From: Bugula neritina
Lineage: Eukaryota > Animalia > Bryozoa
Reading direction: 5' to 3'
Assembly: GCA_964035545.1 (NCBI GenBank)
Contig: OZ037768.1
Location: 1,240,001 to 1,304,000 of the forward strand
DNA: 64,000 nt
In this document: piece after piece, positions 1-12,726 of the stretch
Numbering within the stretch: the first letter of the stretch is position 1
How the letters are laid out: the number at the start of each line of letters is the position of its first letter
Translations under genes and position numbers: made by a program
The notes under the pieces: generated by a model
What the model saw: the letters and a program-made list of their open reading frames with translations, nothing else
Database searches by the model: none
What the model was told of the DNA's origin: nothing

Positions 1-337
1 GGTAGGATTACTTTACAAATTTACTAAAACATTATATAGATATGCTGCTACAGAAAGACACATCTACTTCAAATCATTCAGACACAAGTACAATCATACA
101 AAGTGTTTGCTTTTGACATTAAACAAGTAAAAGCTCTGGAAATTCACTTTATTGTCTGAGCAATTCCAGCTTTAAATGACAAAGTTTAGAGTTTTAAACA
201 AACATTTTGTGCATAATATTTAGCAGCTTTAATAAAGCATTGCCCTAAAAAAAACCCTACAAAGCTACTCATTTTGCTTAGAAGCAAGACCTGTCTAACT
301 CCCATGTTACTTCATGCTTTAAGAGTCACTTTGCCAA

Positions 338-633
338 GCATAGCCTGTGTTACACAGCATAGCCCGGGTACCTACCTGTGTTACACAGCATAGCCCGTGT
401 ACCTACCTGTGTTACACAGCATAGCCTGTGTACCTACCTGTGTTACACAGCATAGCCCGTGTACCTACCTGTGTTACACAGCATAGCCTGTGTACCTACC
501 TGTGTTACACAGCATAGCCTGTGTACCTACCTGTGTTACACAGCATAGCCTGTGTACCTACCTGTGTTACACAGCATAGCCTGTGTACCTACCTGTGTTA
601 CACAGCATAGCCTGTGTACCTACCTGTGTTACA
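338..633. repeat. 31-bp minisatellite (~9 copies) overlapping the MORC exon-4 donor
   Basis: Unit TACCTACCTGTGTTACACAGCATAGCCTGTG. Confidence 0.95.
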
Positions 634-2213
634 CTCTCTGCCTCATAGAAAGTCCTGCTGATCATAAGGCATGTAAGAACTCCGTCTTTCTTAGTGAAGA
701 GGATCATATCCTTGCCGAGGCGCATGGAGCCCGACTTGAGTCCGTTACCATACATGCCAATAGGTTCCTCCTGGTCGGTCTTCCGACTCGACCCAAACAC
801 TATCACGCTCTCAGCTTCCTCTGTCATCACAATGATTAATTTAATATTTTCAAGCAAAAATTAAAAAACTTACATCAAAATCTAACATAGCCAACATAAA
901 ATAAACACTCAACCATTGCAAAGTATAGCTCAGCACTAAACTGCTAAATCAACATACGATACAAGATCTGCACCAGATGCTCTGGACGCTTGGAGTAACA
1001 CGAGACACAAACCTTTGGACATGCCACAGCCATCATCCTTGAAACAGAGCATTGGTCCACCTGAACCATCTTCACTTTCCTCTACAAACACCGATAACCA
1101 TGGTATAATATAATATATTATATAATGTATTATATTATATAATATACTACATAATATAATATAATTTGTAATATAATATAATACAATATAATGACAAATA
1201 ACACTTTACTATCCTATTAAATAGTCCGAGATGAGATTTACCAGATGTACCTAGCAGAAAAACAAGTGGACTGTAAAAATATGCTTCATTACGCAGAAGG
1301 GCAAAAATGTCAAATGAAGGAATCACAGAAAAGAAAATTTCTTTAGTAAGTTTTTAAGTAATTTCACACTTCATAGATTTTACAGACAGCAGCAGCTGAA
1401 TGCTGACCTGTATAAATCTCTAGAGTCTTTGATCCGGCATCACGAGCATTGTCTACGAGTTCTGCCATGGCTCCAAATATAAAGCTGTGAGTAGTTCTAC
1501 AAGTAGAGCACAGGCTATGAGAGTAGACCACAGGCTATGAGAGTAGAGCACAGGCTATGAGAGTAGAGCACAGGTTATGAGAGTAGAGCACAGGCTATGA
1601 GAGTAGACCACAGGCTATGAGAGTAGAGCACGGGCTATGAGAGTAGAGCACAGGCTATGAGAGTGTACCACAGGCTATGAGAGTAGAGCACAGGCTATGA
1701 GAGTAGAGCACAGGCTATGAGAGTAGAGCACAGGCTATGAGAGTAGAGCACAGGCTATGAGAGTGTACCACAGGCTATGAGAGTAGAGCACAGGCTATGA
1801 GAGTAGAGCACAGGCTATGAGGGTAGACCACAGGCTATGAGAGTAGAGCACAGGCTATGAGAGTAGAGCACAGGCTATGAGAGTGTACCACAGGCTATGA
1901 GAGTAGACCACAGGCTATGAGAGTAGAGCACAGGCTATGAGAGTAGAGCACAGGCTATGAGAGTAGAGCACAGGCTATGAGAGTAGAGCACAGGCTATGA
2001 GAGTAGAGCACAGGCTATGAGAGTAGAGCACAGGCTATGAGAGTAGAGCACAGGCTATGAGAGTAGAGCACAGGCTATGAGGGTAGACCACAGGTTATGA
2101 GGAAAAAGGTTACAAGGAACACAGCTGTTAGGAAAAGAGCCGAATACTTACGCATTAGTCATCAAATACTCTGTGCCCAGAGAGGCAGTGTTTAGACTCC
2201 CGTATTCATCCAT
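624..2213 (-). CDS. MORC2: MORC-family GHKL ATPase (MORC2-like), first four coding exons; gene continues beyond the left edge
   Basis: Exons 2213-2152, 1496-1408, 1081-1013, 820-624 join in phase at GT-AG sites: [42 protein letters not shown]...[12 protein letters not shown]...[18 protein letters not shown]. This contains the GHKL motifs ExxDNxxDA, DDGxGM and GxYGNGLK typical of the MORC N-terminus. Paralogue assignment is tentative. Confidence 0.92.
1502..2100. repeat. 20-bp minisatellite (~30 copies) filling MORC coding intron 1
   Basis: Unit GAGTAGAGCACAGGCTATGA. Confidence 0.97.
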
Positions 2214-2237
2214 CCTCTTCAATAACAACATATAGCA

Positions 2238-2322
2238 TGAGATGCTAAACATATATTATAAGATAATAAACATATAACATAAGATACTAAACATATATTA
2301 TAAGATACTAAACATATAACAT
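2238..2322. repeat. 21-bp tandem repeat (~4 copies)
   Basis: Unit AGATACTAAACATATATTATA and variants. Confidence 0.8.
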
Positions 2323-4700
2323 GCATTCAATAGCTAATAGAATAAAAACAATTATATTCACGTCAACATCAGCTTTACGAACGATTACCTATATTCTAGA
2401 AGGTCAAGGATAAATATTATCGATAGAAGATGATGATATGTTTGTTCTAGGTTTTTGCAAGTTAAGTTTAATTAATAGATGTTGGATGGTTTGAGAAACA
2501 ACTTATATTCTCATCTCAAACTTACTACAAGAAGCTAAATTATGCCAGTCATGAAATCAAATGAAGAGACTGAAAACTAGTCTTTTCAATAAAAATTTTA
2601 ATTTGGTTATTGTAATAGATATCATTATATAACTTTTAATTAAATGTTTAAATAGTTACTTCACTGGTGCAGTTTAACAATTTTCAACTGTTGTTGGACT
2701 CTGCTGATGTGTCGTAAATGCTTTAGTTCATCACTGGAGGATGGTCACCTCTGGCTCTGAACAAAATTAGCATAAACTCTTTCAAGTGTCTATTGTAGCA
2801 AAGATCACAAGAGAAACAACTCCAAATACAACTATTTTAACTCATTATTTTACAAATTACTATAGATAATACTATTATCCAAAATTAGTGATAGTAACTA
2901 TTAACAATTATATTTATAATAATTTTTTAAAACTAAAAGTATATATATATTTCTAATAGTAATACAGATACATTAAGTCTAATAGTTATAGTTCTAGTAA
3001 TAGTTGGCCACCATCACGGTCACAATGATGATCATAATGACTACCATTAAACATGTTTATGACTGTTAGTATAACTAATATTATAAGACTAACTTTAAGT
3101 GTAGGTCTATCACTCTAAGTACTACACCCAAACTGACACTGCCCACAGGGTAGGCATAACCGTGACTGACATAACTAATAGTAATAGTAATACTAATACG
3201 CCGTAATAGTAATACTATTAGTATTAGTTATGAATATCATAGTATTAATATTACTATTAGTATTACTATTAGTATTGATAATACAAATACTAAGGGTAAT
3301 AGTAATACTGTGATAATCAAGATGATTGTACTTCGAATTTAATTATTAATACTACTAAATTATAAGATATAAATTCAATTTAAATTCATTATTTATATTT
3401 TATATTTAGAACAGTGTTACTCTAAGTCTATAACTGTTAACTAACTGAAACTTGAAAACTATAAAATGAAGTATGAAGTTGAACTGACCATTTACCAGCC
3501 CCAGGCCGACAGGTAATCATTGTGGATGTGACTGTAAAACTAAAAGTGAAACTAAAAGTAAAAGTAAATGTAATACTAATTGTTATTGTAAAACTAAATG
3601 TAAGAAATTGCTTTGATATTGATAATTTAAATTAATATTATATTTATTGTTAAGAATAATTATAAATATTATTATTATACTAATACTGATACTCAGGCTG
3701 CAATTGTTGGTACTTACTCAATAAACCAAGTACCGTCACTATAAATATCTAAATACTTTTTAACCACTTTGAAATCAGTGATACTTAGTGCTGTATTTTT
3801 CAGAATTTCAATATATCGAAATAAGTATGACTGTAACTAGTACAACATTTCAACTCACAGTCGCTGTAGCAAGGAATATGAAAATAAATAAAAACAAATA
3901 TCAAATGGAAAAGCTAAAACTAGCGTACGGGTATTCGTGATTGTCTACGAAAATGTTCTACGTTTTTCTCTAACAACATTGACTTTTTGATAAAATTTTT
4001 TATAGAACTACAAAATAAATACTATAATTTCATTTTTGAAAAAATACAATTACAAATACCTAGAAAAGAGTACATTTTTGCTTCAAAAAATGTTTGATAA
4101 AGCAACTCCTAAAAACAATTTAACCTAAACTGCCTTTGCGTGACGTCATAAAAACTAAAGGGAAGTTGATTACAGCTCAGAAATTTGTGCCAATACTCCA
4201 TCTATTTTGAAAGATGGCAATCACAATTATATTTCATTAGCCACTCCAATTTGTAAATGCAAGAAGCTATTTGTGGTTTAGATATGGTGAAGCACACTAA
4301 ATGCAAAGCACTGTATGTGTTGTGTGTGCCTGCGCACAGACATAACATATAGAATATAGATTTTAGAGGTATTTCTAAATGCAACAGCACCTCAGTATAT
4401 ATCATGCAGTGCAGCTTTGTTTCTTTATGGTAAATTGGCTATGGACAATACTTGTCCACCCTTAAGCTCTCTCTTCTAACCTCTCCCTTCTAAACTCTAT
4501 TTCTAAACTGGTAAACAAAAATATTTAGTTTTTTTGGTTTATTGGCAATAAGTTGTTGCAACTGATAGCAAAATAAAATTTGTATAGTAAAAGAATAGTT
4601 TCAGATATTTATTTGTTGCTAGTAATCAATGAAACAATATTATTTCAGAGTTGTCTTTCCTCAGCAACTAGCTTCTGGCTGTAGACCACCACTGAGAGAA

Positions 4701-7700
4701 TTACTCCTTAAAGAGGTTAACTTTCTCAAACTCGCAGTGTGCTGGGTTAAACTTTATTGCACTTTGACTTCGATCATTGTAAATAGAGTCTTTACGCACG
4801 TCCTCCACTATCTGACTCATACCCATTATGTAAGTACATATCTACAACAGTATATCCTGATATGTAAGTATACACATATACAAAAGTGGATTTTGACCAA
4901 AATATGCATGCACTCAGAGGAACAGCAATAAAAAAAGGAAGTTCATAATAATATTTCGGATACAGTATGGAGGAAATATATGGTTGTCCACTCATTTTAT
5001 TCAAAAGAGATGAAATTTGAAGTTGCCTCCTCACCTTATCTAATTGCTCTATGGGGTCAATGAGGTCACTGCTGGTGTAAACAGACATCCTGGAGCTATG
5101 CTTTAACACCAGTTGAAACATCGCGTGTGTTGCCCTTCAAAACACAAATCAATAATTGTTCAGTTTAATTGTTAAAACTAATTGGCAATTTTTAGATGTT
5201 ATTATAGAATATAACTATAAGCCAATGACAACAAACTAAGGACATTTAGTTTTGAAACAAATTGGAAACTGAAAAGCATGTAACACAATGACAGTTGTAA
5301 ACCGGAGTTACAGAAACAGAAGGAGTGACAGACATTCTTATCTGGCCAAGTTGAAGAGTTCTCCCGGCAGCAGTGGATTCAATGTACGTCATCTGACTCT
5401 CTAGCTGCTCTGACTTAGTCAGCAGGCAGTCATATTTCACTTGAAGTTCCGAGAGTTTATTGTTGAGAGAGAGGAGGGCTGCGTTCTTGTTGTTAACGTA
5501 TTTAGTGTGCTGCTGTTTGCCAGCTTCCATCGTCATGTGAGTTGTTTCTTCTTTCTTGTGCAGTTCCTAGAAAATTATAGTATCACATCTTTCTATTATG
5601 TAGTTCTGAGTGCCCGTCTGCAAGTTTAATATTTTTTTTCTATTTCTGCATAGAAAATCTGCAACACATTACCCTTTACTAATAGAACTGCCTGTATAAT
5701 ATTTTGTATATAACTGCAAAACTTTCACTCACTGTGTGGTATTATAGCTGATTTGTATTCCAACTGACAATATAGAGTTATCTCCCCTGAATAACTCGAG
5801 AGACCATGCAATAATATTGTCATGAGAAGGATTCTTGTAGTGTGCTTGGCAGTTGATATACAAAATTTTCTCATCACACGTTCACCTTAAGATTTTCAAT
5901 ATATTATTTCTACCAAGCTACGAGTTTTAAGGAAGTTAACATATGATGTAATAATGAGTCGTATATACCTGATATGTTTGTGAGAGCGTCTCGAACCTGG
6001 ACATAACGTCTCTGATCTCGTGGAACTCATCAGACTTCTTCATAACCTGCTCTAAGTAGTGGGCGTAGAGCAGGTGTTTGTCCAGCTTCTCCTTCAATTC
6101 ATTTCTCTTCTTTATGTAAGCGGCAGCATTTGCTGTCAGCCTAAATGTAGTTTATCTTACTAGAAATAGCTCTGTTAAACTTATTCTAGATTTGTCTTTA
6201 CTTATATCAGATCTAATATGCTGCATGCAAACTGGTTGCATACAGACCTACAAGTTTTGTATCTTCAAATCAGGATGAGCATTTTATATATTAATAGCAT
6301 CAATAAAATAATCAGAATGTGTCTATTATTGCGTTAGTTTGACAATGTAAACTAGTAAATACAAAGCAAAACAAGTTATATATAATATTATACCGTATAT
6401 ACTGTATATATAAGTATATTTTGCCCCTCTAAATCAATTAGTTCACTTTTCTATAGGGACCTATGTAAATATTGTAAATATCCTTATGCTAACTTATGGT
6501 TTCAGTAAATCTTAATTACCTTACAAATAATTTAACAAATGCTGGTGAGGAAAAGAGATACGATGTATTATTTTATTATAAACTATTATATTTTATAATA
6601 AGTATTCTAATAATATAGGCTATTATGTAATATTTACCCTTTCAGCTCTTTCTCTTTGGCAGCACACATTTGCCTTTCGAGGTGAGCTTTCTTGGCAGCT
6701 CTCACACTCTTCACATCATTTTCCTTCAACAATGAAATCCATTATTTCAACACTTTTATTCTAGATTATTCTATGTTATTTCATATTATTCTAAAAATAA
6801 TATATTCCAGATTACTCTAAAATTTAGATTATTCTAGATTATTCCAAATCATCAGATGGCTGTTAAAGGTTGGATGCTGAAATATTGAGTAATATTTTAG
6901 CAAAGCATTTTGTAACTTTTTAATTCAAGGATTTATATTACAGTCATACTGCTTTTAGCAATTAGGATATAGTACATTTACATAAATTATATATCTGTAT
7001 ACATATACATATATCATATATAATAATTATATATTTATATACAAAAAAATGGAGAACAATTATAATAAATTATATAAGCATTATATTTACAATATAGTAT
7101 AACATGCATGTAGTATATATAGTCTAGCATTGTATTGTAGTAAAGTACATAACACATATAGGAACATGCTTCATGTATACAGAATAATGTAGAACTTGTT
7201 GTACATTTAAGAAATTATAGAATTATAGTCTATAGTCTATACCTTAATTTTGGCTTCATGCACATATCATATCATGCTGAAAATGTTAATATATTTGTTA
7301 TTTTGTAGCTAAATTTTATAGAATGATAAATGCTTACACTACAATTAACTCAAACGACAACGGTTATAAATTTGTTCAAAATATTGACAATAAGTTGAAT
7401 GATTTCACACATACGTGAATGTAGTAGTCAAACTTGGCCAGATAACTCTGCAGCTGCTGCTCCTTTGCCTTGAAAGCAAGTCGTCTGCTCTCTAACCCAG
7501 TCATCTTTATCTTAAACTCCTGATAATTCACACAACATGTTCACAGTTAGTGGTGATTGGACTATTGGTATTGTAAATAATTTTTAGTACTTAACTCTAT
7601 GACAGTAAGAAATATTTAAAATATGTATACTATAGATTAGTGATTCATATGATCTATATAAAATAACAATGTATAAAAACGCTATAAGATTGCTAATGTA

Positions 7701-7935
7701 CATAGACATAATTTTTGAATCAATGTTGGGATGATTAAGTCAGTGTTGCAACCTCCTTTTTCATTCTCAGGGCACCATCCAGTTCTGTCAACTGCTGTCT
7801 AGTACCCAGTAGTTTAGTGGCAGCTGACAGTGTGTCGTGCTGGTTGCACTCAGGGATATGGACGTAATGTTTGGCTCGTATTTTGTCAGCAAACATATCT
7901 TCCAGTGTTTTACGATTAGTGAAGTTATCCGACAT
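4701..7935 (-). CDS. CCDC42: CCDC42/CFAP73-family (DUF4200) coiled-coil protein, 7 exons
   Basis: Exons 7935-7753, 7519-7415, 6723-6638, 6140-5969, 5566-5334, 5134-5035, 4841-4701 (TAA) are phase-consistent. Peptides ATKLL...KKEEFKIKM...LAKFDYYIHENDVKSVRAAKKA, YLEQV...EFHEIRDVMSRFETL and LGQIRMATHAMFQ resemble CCDC42/CFAP73. An alternative in-frame ATG lies at 7959. Confidence 0.85.
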
Positions 7936-7959
7936 TGCCCCGTCTCTAAATTCCAACAT

Positions 7960-8271
7960 ATTATCAATTGTATACGACTGTTGACATAGAAAGTGCATAT
8001 AACTACAGTTTACAGTGATTATTATAGGAAAGTGAGGCTTTGCTTAATTGTTAGCAGCAATGGCTACGTTTGCTAAAACTACAATTGTACTTACTATATT
8101 ATAACTTTGAATTGTTATTAGTTTTTTCAAATAGATATGCTTATTCAGCTCCTAGCCCACTTGCTTTAAAATCGGTGAAGGCATTTAAATTGTGGCGCTT
8201 AATGTAGTCCGCAACGCAACAGCTAATAGTTATGATGGGCTATATCAGAACGAGCCAAAGTTGAAAGCAAG
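7960..8271. promoter_or_regulatory. Candidate bidirectional promoter between head-to-head CCDC42 and NIPSNAP, with a probable non-coding NIPSNAP first exon
   Basis: The ATGs are 633 nt apart; plus-strand donor AAG|GTAAGG at 8271/8272 and acceptor TTTTCACAG at ~8535. Confidence 0.5.
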
Positions 8272-8568
8272 GTAAGGAGCAAAGGTTACATTGCCGCAAA
8301 TCCTTCTATTTTAAACTTCCAACAAGACGCTTGATTACAGGCGCACAAGCATAATGACTGTTTTCATAAATTACAGGCTATTATATGATATCTCGCTTTA
8401 TTTTTAGTTACGGCATATAACAGATGCAAAAATATGTTTACTTCTGCTACGCAAGCCAGCTACTCCTCTGCACAAAGACCTGCAAGATAGATTTGCCTGA
8501 CGGGTCAAATTTGTTCATTGAATTTATTTTCACAGTTGCGTTTGGTATCGTAAAGTAAAACAATCATA

Positions 8569-11500
8569 ATGAATGTCCTAGGCATTTTAAAAAGTTTGAA
8601 CACCAACGTTGTTTGCAGCTACTTAGGCAAGAAAAGTGTTATACCTTTTCGACCATTGCTTTCGGCTAAGGCTACGCCTACTACTACTAGTACTAGCACT
8701 AGTAAGAGTATTAGTTCTTGCATTTCTTCCAAGTCTCAGTTTCAGTTTGAGTTTCTGCTTGGATCTCAAACGTGCCAGTATCGTTCACTCTTAGCTTCGC
8801 AAAACACAAGTCGTGATGAAAGCAAAAGGTAGAGTTTCAATCAAACATTTAAACTCGCTTAATTTTTAACTTCAAGTATCTGTATACTATAGTCATAGTC
8901 ACTATGACTATACAGGTACTTACAGTTAAGTGCACGGTGCTGTGTTAATATTTCTCTATTACTAATAGTATTATTATTTCAATTTGTACATTTGATTTTT
9001 GCGTGCAATTAAATTACTATCTTTTAGGTATAATCAAATCATTATGATGGTGTTTGTTTTTATGATTAAGTTTAGCTGCATAGGGTTAGTTTAGCATGAA
9101 AACACATAATGATTATAATACCTATGATGAATATCAATATTGCACGATTTCATTCATTACTAACCAAACTAGTGATATATTAATATTTCTAGTCAGGCGA
9201 AAAGTGCGATATCAATACCAAATTTAAATTGATTTATGTCTGTTGAAAACCAACACATTGGCATTTATGGATGTTTATGTTAAATCAAACTACTGGATTG
9301 GTTGCTCTCTGTACTATTTGAATACCTATTAAAGCACTAAGATTTAAGTTTATAGCTAGTTGCAAGGAGTTTTTGAAACATAATGTTATTATCATCTCTG
9401 TGTTTAATGTTAATTTGTACCTTTGAATTTCAAAATACATGTTTAATATTTTATAACTTCAAATGACATGATAGATATTTAATAATAGAATAATTTAATA
9501 ATAGCATTTATTTTAATTTTTATTGTCTATAAAAAAAGGAATTTTTGTTAACAAAATTGTATCTCTAGTGCTCTAGTATAATTTTGTAGAACTATTACAA
9601 GCTCAGCCAGTCTAAACACTGATAAATGGTACCAGAAGATTATGAAGATGCGTGAACCAATAGATACTCCGAATAAAACTCAGTCAAAGCTGCTATCAGA
9701 TCTAGATAGTGTCTATGAACTTCAGAGTAAATACTACAACTTCCTATGGATACAACTGATGTAGATATGTTGCGATTACTACTTATAAATGAGCATTAAA
9801 TATATTGTTGTAACTTTTACAGTTCATAAGGTGAAGCCGAAGAATATGCTGGCATATCTCAAGCAGTTGTGAGTAAAAAAAACATTTAAAAATTACATAC
9901 TCAATTTATAAATCATATTTGTTGTATTCATGTGAAATATGTATTAAATATTTACATTCTATACTCTAACATCAGTTTAAAATGTATTACAAGAAATAAA
10001 CTAATGTAGTTCTTAAAATTAAAACACCGTCACATTGAGATATTTTGTTACACTGTCATTACAGTTATGTCATCATTAGGTGAGACTGTTTTGGTTTATT
10101 CAGGTATTTTTAATTTAATTTGAAGTTGATATTTCTACATGCCATAAAATTAAAGCTCTGCCCTTGAATATTCCCATATCTGGCCTCCAACAATTACATT
10201 TTCATTTACTTACATGATGCATAACTATGTGTATTGTACTAGTATATTATACATACTTGCCTGTACTTACAATGTATGTTCATACATCACATGTACTTAC
10301 CCTGTGTGATGATACCTGTTAGTGAAATTAAAGTAGCCATTTTGTAGTGAGAAGTTTGCATCTCTGATGAATGAGAAGAAGACGGGTGCCGAGTTACTCG
10401 CTAGTTTTACTGTCCTGATTGGAGACCAAGACGAGGCTGGTGAGTCATCCTTGGCAACAGTAGCAACACTGATAGTATAGTATTAATATATACACTTACA
10501 CTAACACTGATAGTATAGTATTGATATATACACTGATAGTATAGTATTAATATATACACTGATAGTATAGTATTAATATATACACTGATAGTATAGTATT
10601 AATATATACACTGATAGTATAGTATTAATATATACACTTACACTAACACTGATAGTATAGTATTGATATATACACTGATAGTATAGTATTAATATATATA
10701 CTGATAGTACAGTATTGATATATACACTAATAGTATAGTATTGATATATACCTACATTAACATTGATAGTATTAGTGTAAATATTCTTATACTGATATAA
10801 TACATTTCTAAGTTTTTTAGTAAGTGCTAAGTAAAAGAATATATATTATTCTTGAAGTGTAAAACATTTGATTATAATGATGATAATTAAATTTCTGTTT
10901 TCTATTGCACCTTATGTTTTCATTTCTTGAGTTTTGTGATGGTTTTTGTTAAATCACAGTGTGCTATGACATCATGTGCAAATGTGCTGAGATTGTTGTT
11001 AACCCATGTTCTCAGTATTTGTTAGCCTATTTTCTCAGTATTTGTTAGCCTGTGTTCTCAGTATTTGTTAGCCTTTGTTCTCAGTATTTGTTAAACAATG
11101 CCCGCATTTAGTTTGCAGTAAAACTATGAAATTGTTTGAGTTTTGAGGCTAGACATACTTTCAATTGCAGTTCACCTGTGGAAGTACAAGGGAGGGTACA
11201 CAAGCTATAGCAAAGCTCTTATGATCTACCGAACAGATGAGGTAACTTTGGTGGAATTTGTCCATAAGATTGTGTGCTGCATAATTTATTTAATTTTAAT
11301 TTTAGTCATACTTGTTATGTTTTATTATGTATGAGTTTTATACTAAGAGACCAGAAAGAGTACAAGTTCCTATTATAATGAGTTAGAAACTTCTGCTGCA
11401 CGCAGACAGTTCTGGTGAAGAGGTTGAGGTTATGGCAGACGTGCTATGTCGCCTAGTAACACGCCATTGTTTTAAGGGAGGTGTAATTTTGTAGGATATT

Positions 11501-12726
11501 GTGGCATATAGATCAGAAAGGAATGCCATGCTTCGGGAAAGATACAACCAAATTTTACTTCGGTTTGGGTTTTGGGAGTTCAATAAAGATCGAGAGCCTG
11601 GAAACTTGTATGAGTTGAGAAGTTACGAACTGAAGGTTGGAGTTTATCTTCAGAGTTTTCCTCTCCTAATCGGTTTAAACATTATTTGACTTGTAAAAGC
11701 AACTTTTTTATTTGTTTTAACTTCCAAATACAATGACTTTTATATAACTACTAGTAATAGTAATATAACTGCTAGTAATAGTCATATAACTACTAGTAAT
11801 AGTCATATAACTGCTAGTAATAGTCATATAACTACTATTAATAGTCAATGAAGCTTGCAGAACCATATATTTTACTACTTACACTACACTTACACTACAC
11901 TTACCTTATACTATACACTTACACTACACTTGCTAATTACGCTTACACTATACTTACACTATACTATACTACACTTTCACTACACTTACGATATACTTAC
12001 ACTACACTGTGCACTATACTCACACCTGTTAAGTGAAGCAGTGGGTTTAATTTGCTAGTTATCTCCACCATACTGATTTTCAGTCTGGGTCAATGATTGA
12101 GTGGGGCAACCACTGGGCGAGGGGACTCAAGTACCGGCAGCAGAATGACGAGGCTGTCTGCGGCTTTTTCTCGCACATTGGAGACCTGAACATGTGTCAC
12201 CACCTCTGGTCCTACAAGAGTCTCCAGTCGAGGAAGGAAACTCGAGATCTCGCCTGGCAGCTACCGGGGTGGGACGAGAATGTCAGATACACCGGTAGGT
12301 GACCTTGACCTTGACTCTCCAACGCACCCTTGTGTTAGGTGACGTTGACCTTGTGCTAGGCGACCTTGACCTTGTGCTAGGTGACCTTGACTGCTTGGTT
12401 CCCTTTCATTCTTATAGATTGAGCTTATTTAATGCAGGCATAGTGCAGTTATTTTTCTGTACAATTTTATATCTTAACTTTATTTCCAAGTTTATAAATT
12501 GTGGTCTGTTTTATTATATACTAGTATATATTCTATCACACATTGGTGTGTATATTCTATTATACATTGATATACATTCTATCATACATTGATATATAGA
12601 TATATATATATATATATGTCTGTGTGTGAATAAACTGTACCAGTCTCTGGTTATATTTTAGTGCCTTTGATTAGAAGTCTGAAATCCCGAATACTCATAC
12701 CCACGCCCTACTCTCCTTTACAATAG
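8569..12726 (+). CDS. NIPSNAP: NIPSNAP-family mitochondrial protein (NIPSNAP1/2-like), 8 coding exons
   Basis: Exons 8569-8828, 9590-9726, 9823-9868, 10348-10439, 11171-11241, 11495-11635, 12084-12294, 12662-12726 are phase-consistent. Motifs: [87 protein letters not shown]. The basic, Ser/Thr-rich N-terminus resembles a presequence; the first coding exon is less certain. Confidence 0.93.
10465..10772. repeat. 26-bp minisatellite in a NIPSNAP intron
   Basis: Unit CACTGATAGTATAGTATTAATATATA, starting ~25 nt after the donor at 10440. Confidence 0.92.
11006..11094. repeat. 23-bp tandem repeat (4 copies)
   Basis: Unit CTCAGTATTTGTTAGCCTNTKTT. Confidence 0.85.
11742..12025. repeat. 21-bp tandem repeat (5 copies) followed by a degenerate (TACAC)n tract
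   Basis: TATAACTACTAGTAATAGTCA at 11742-11847; TACAC/TATAC pentamers at 11875-12025. Confidence 0.8.
12296..12390. repeat. 21-bp tandem repeat starting at a NIPSNAP donor
   Basis: Unit TAGGTGACCTTGACCTTGTGC; the first copy overlaps the donor GTAGGT. Confidence 0.8.

Noticed and set aside
8054-8067. RFX X-box upstream of the ciliary CCDC42 gene
   Set aside because: GCAGCAATGGCTAC matches only one half-site well; too weak to call.
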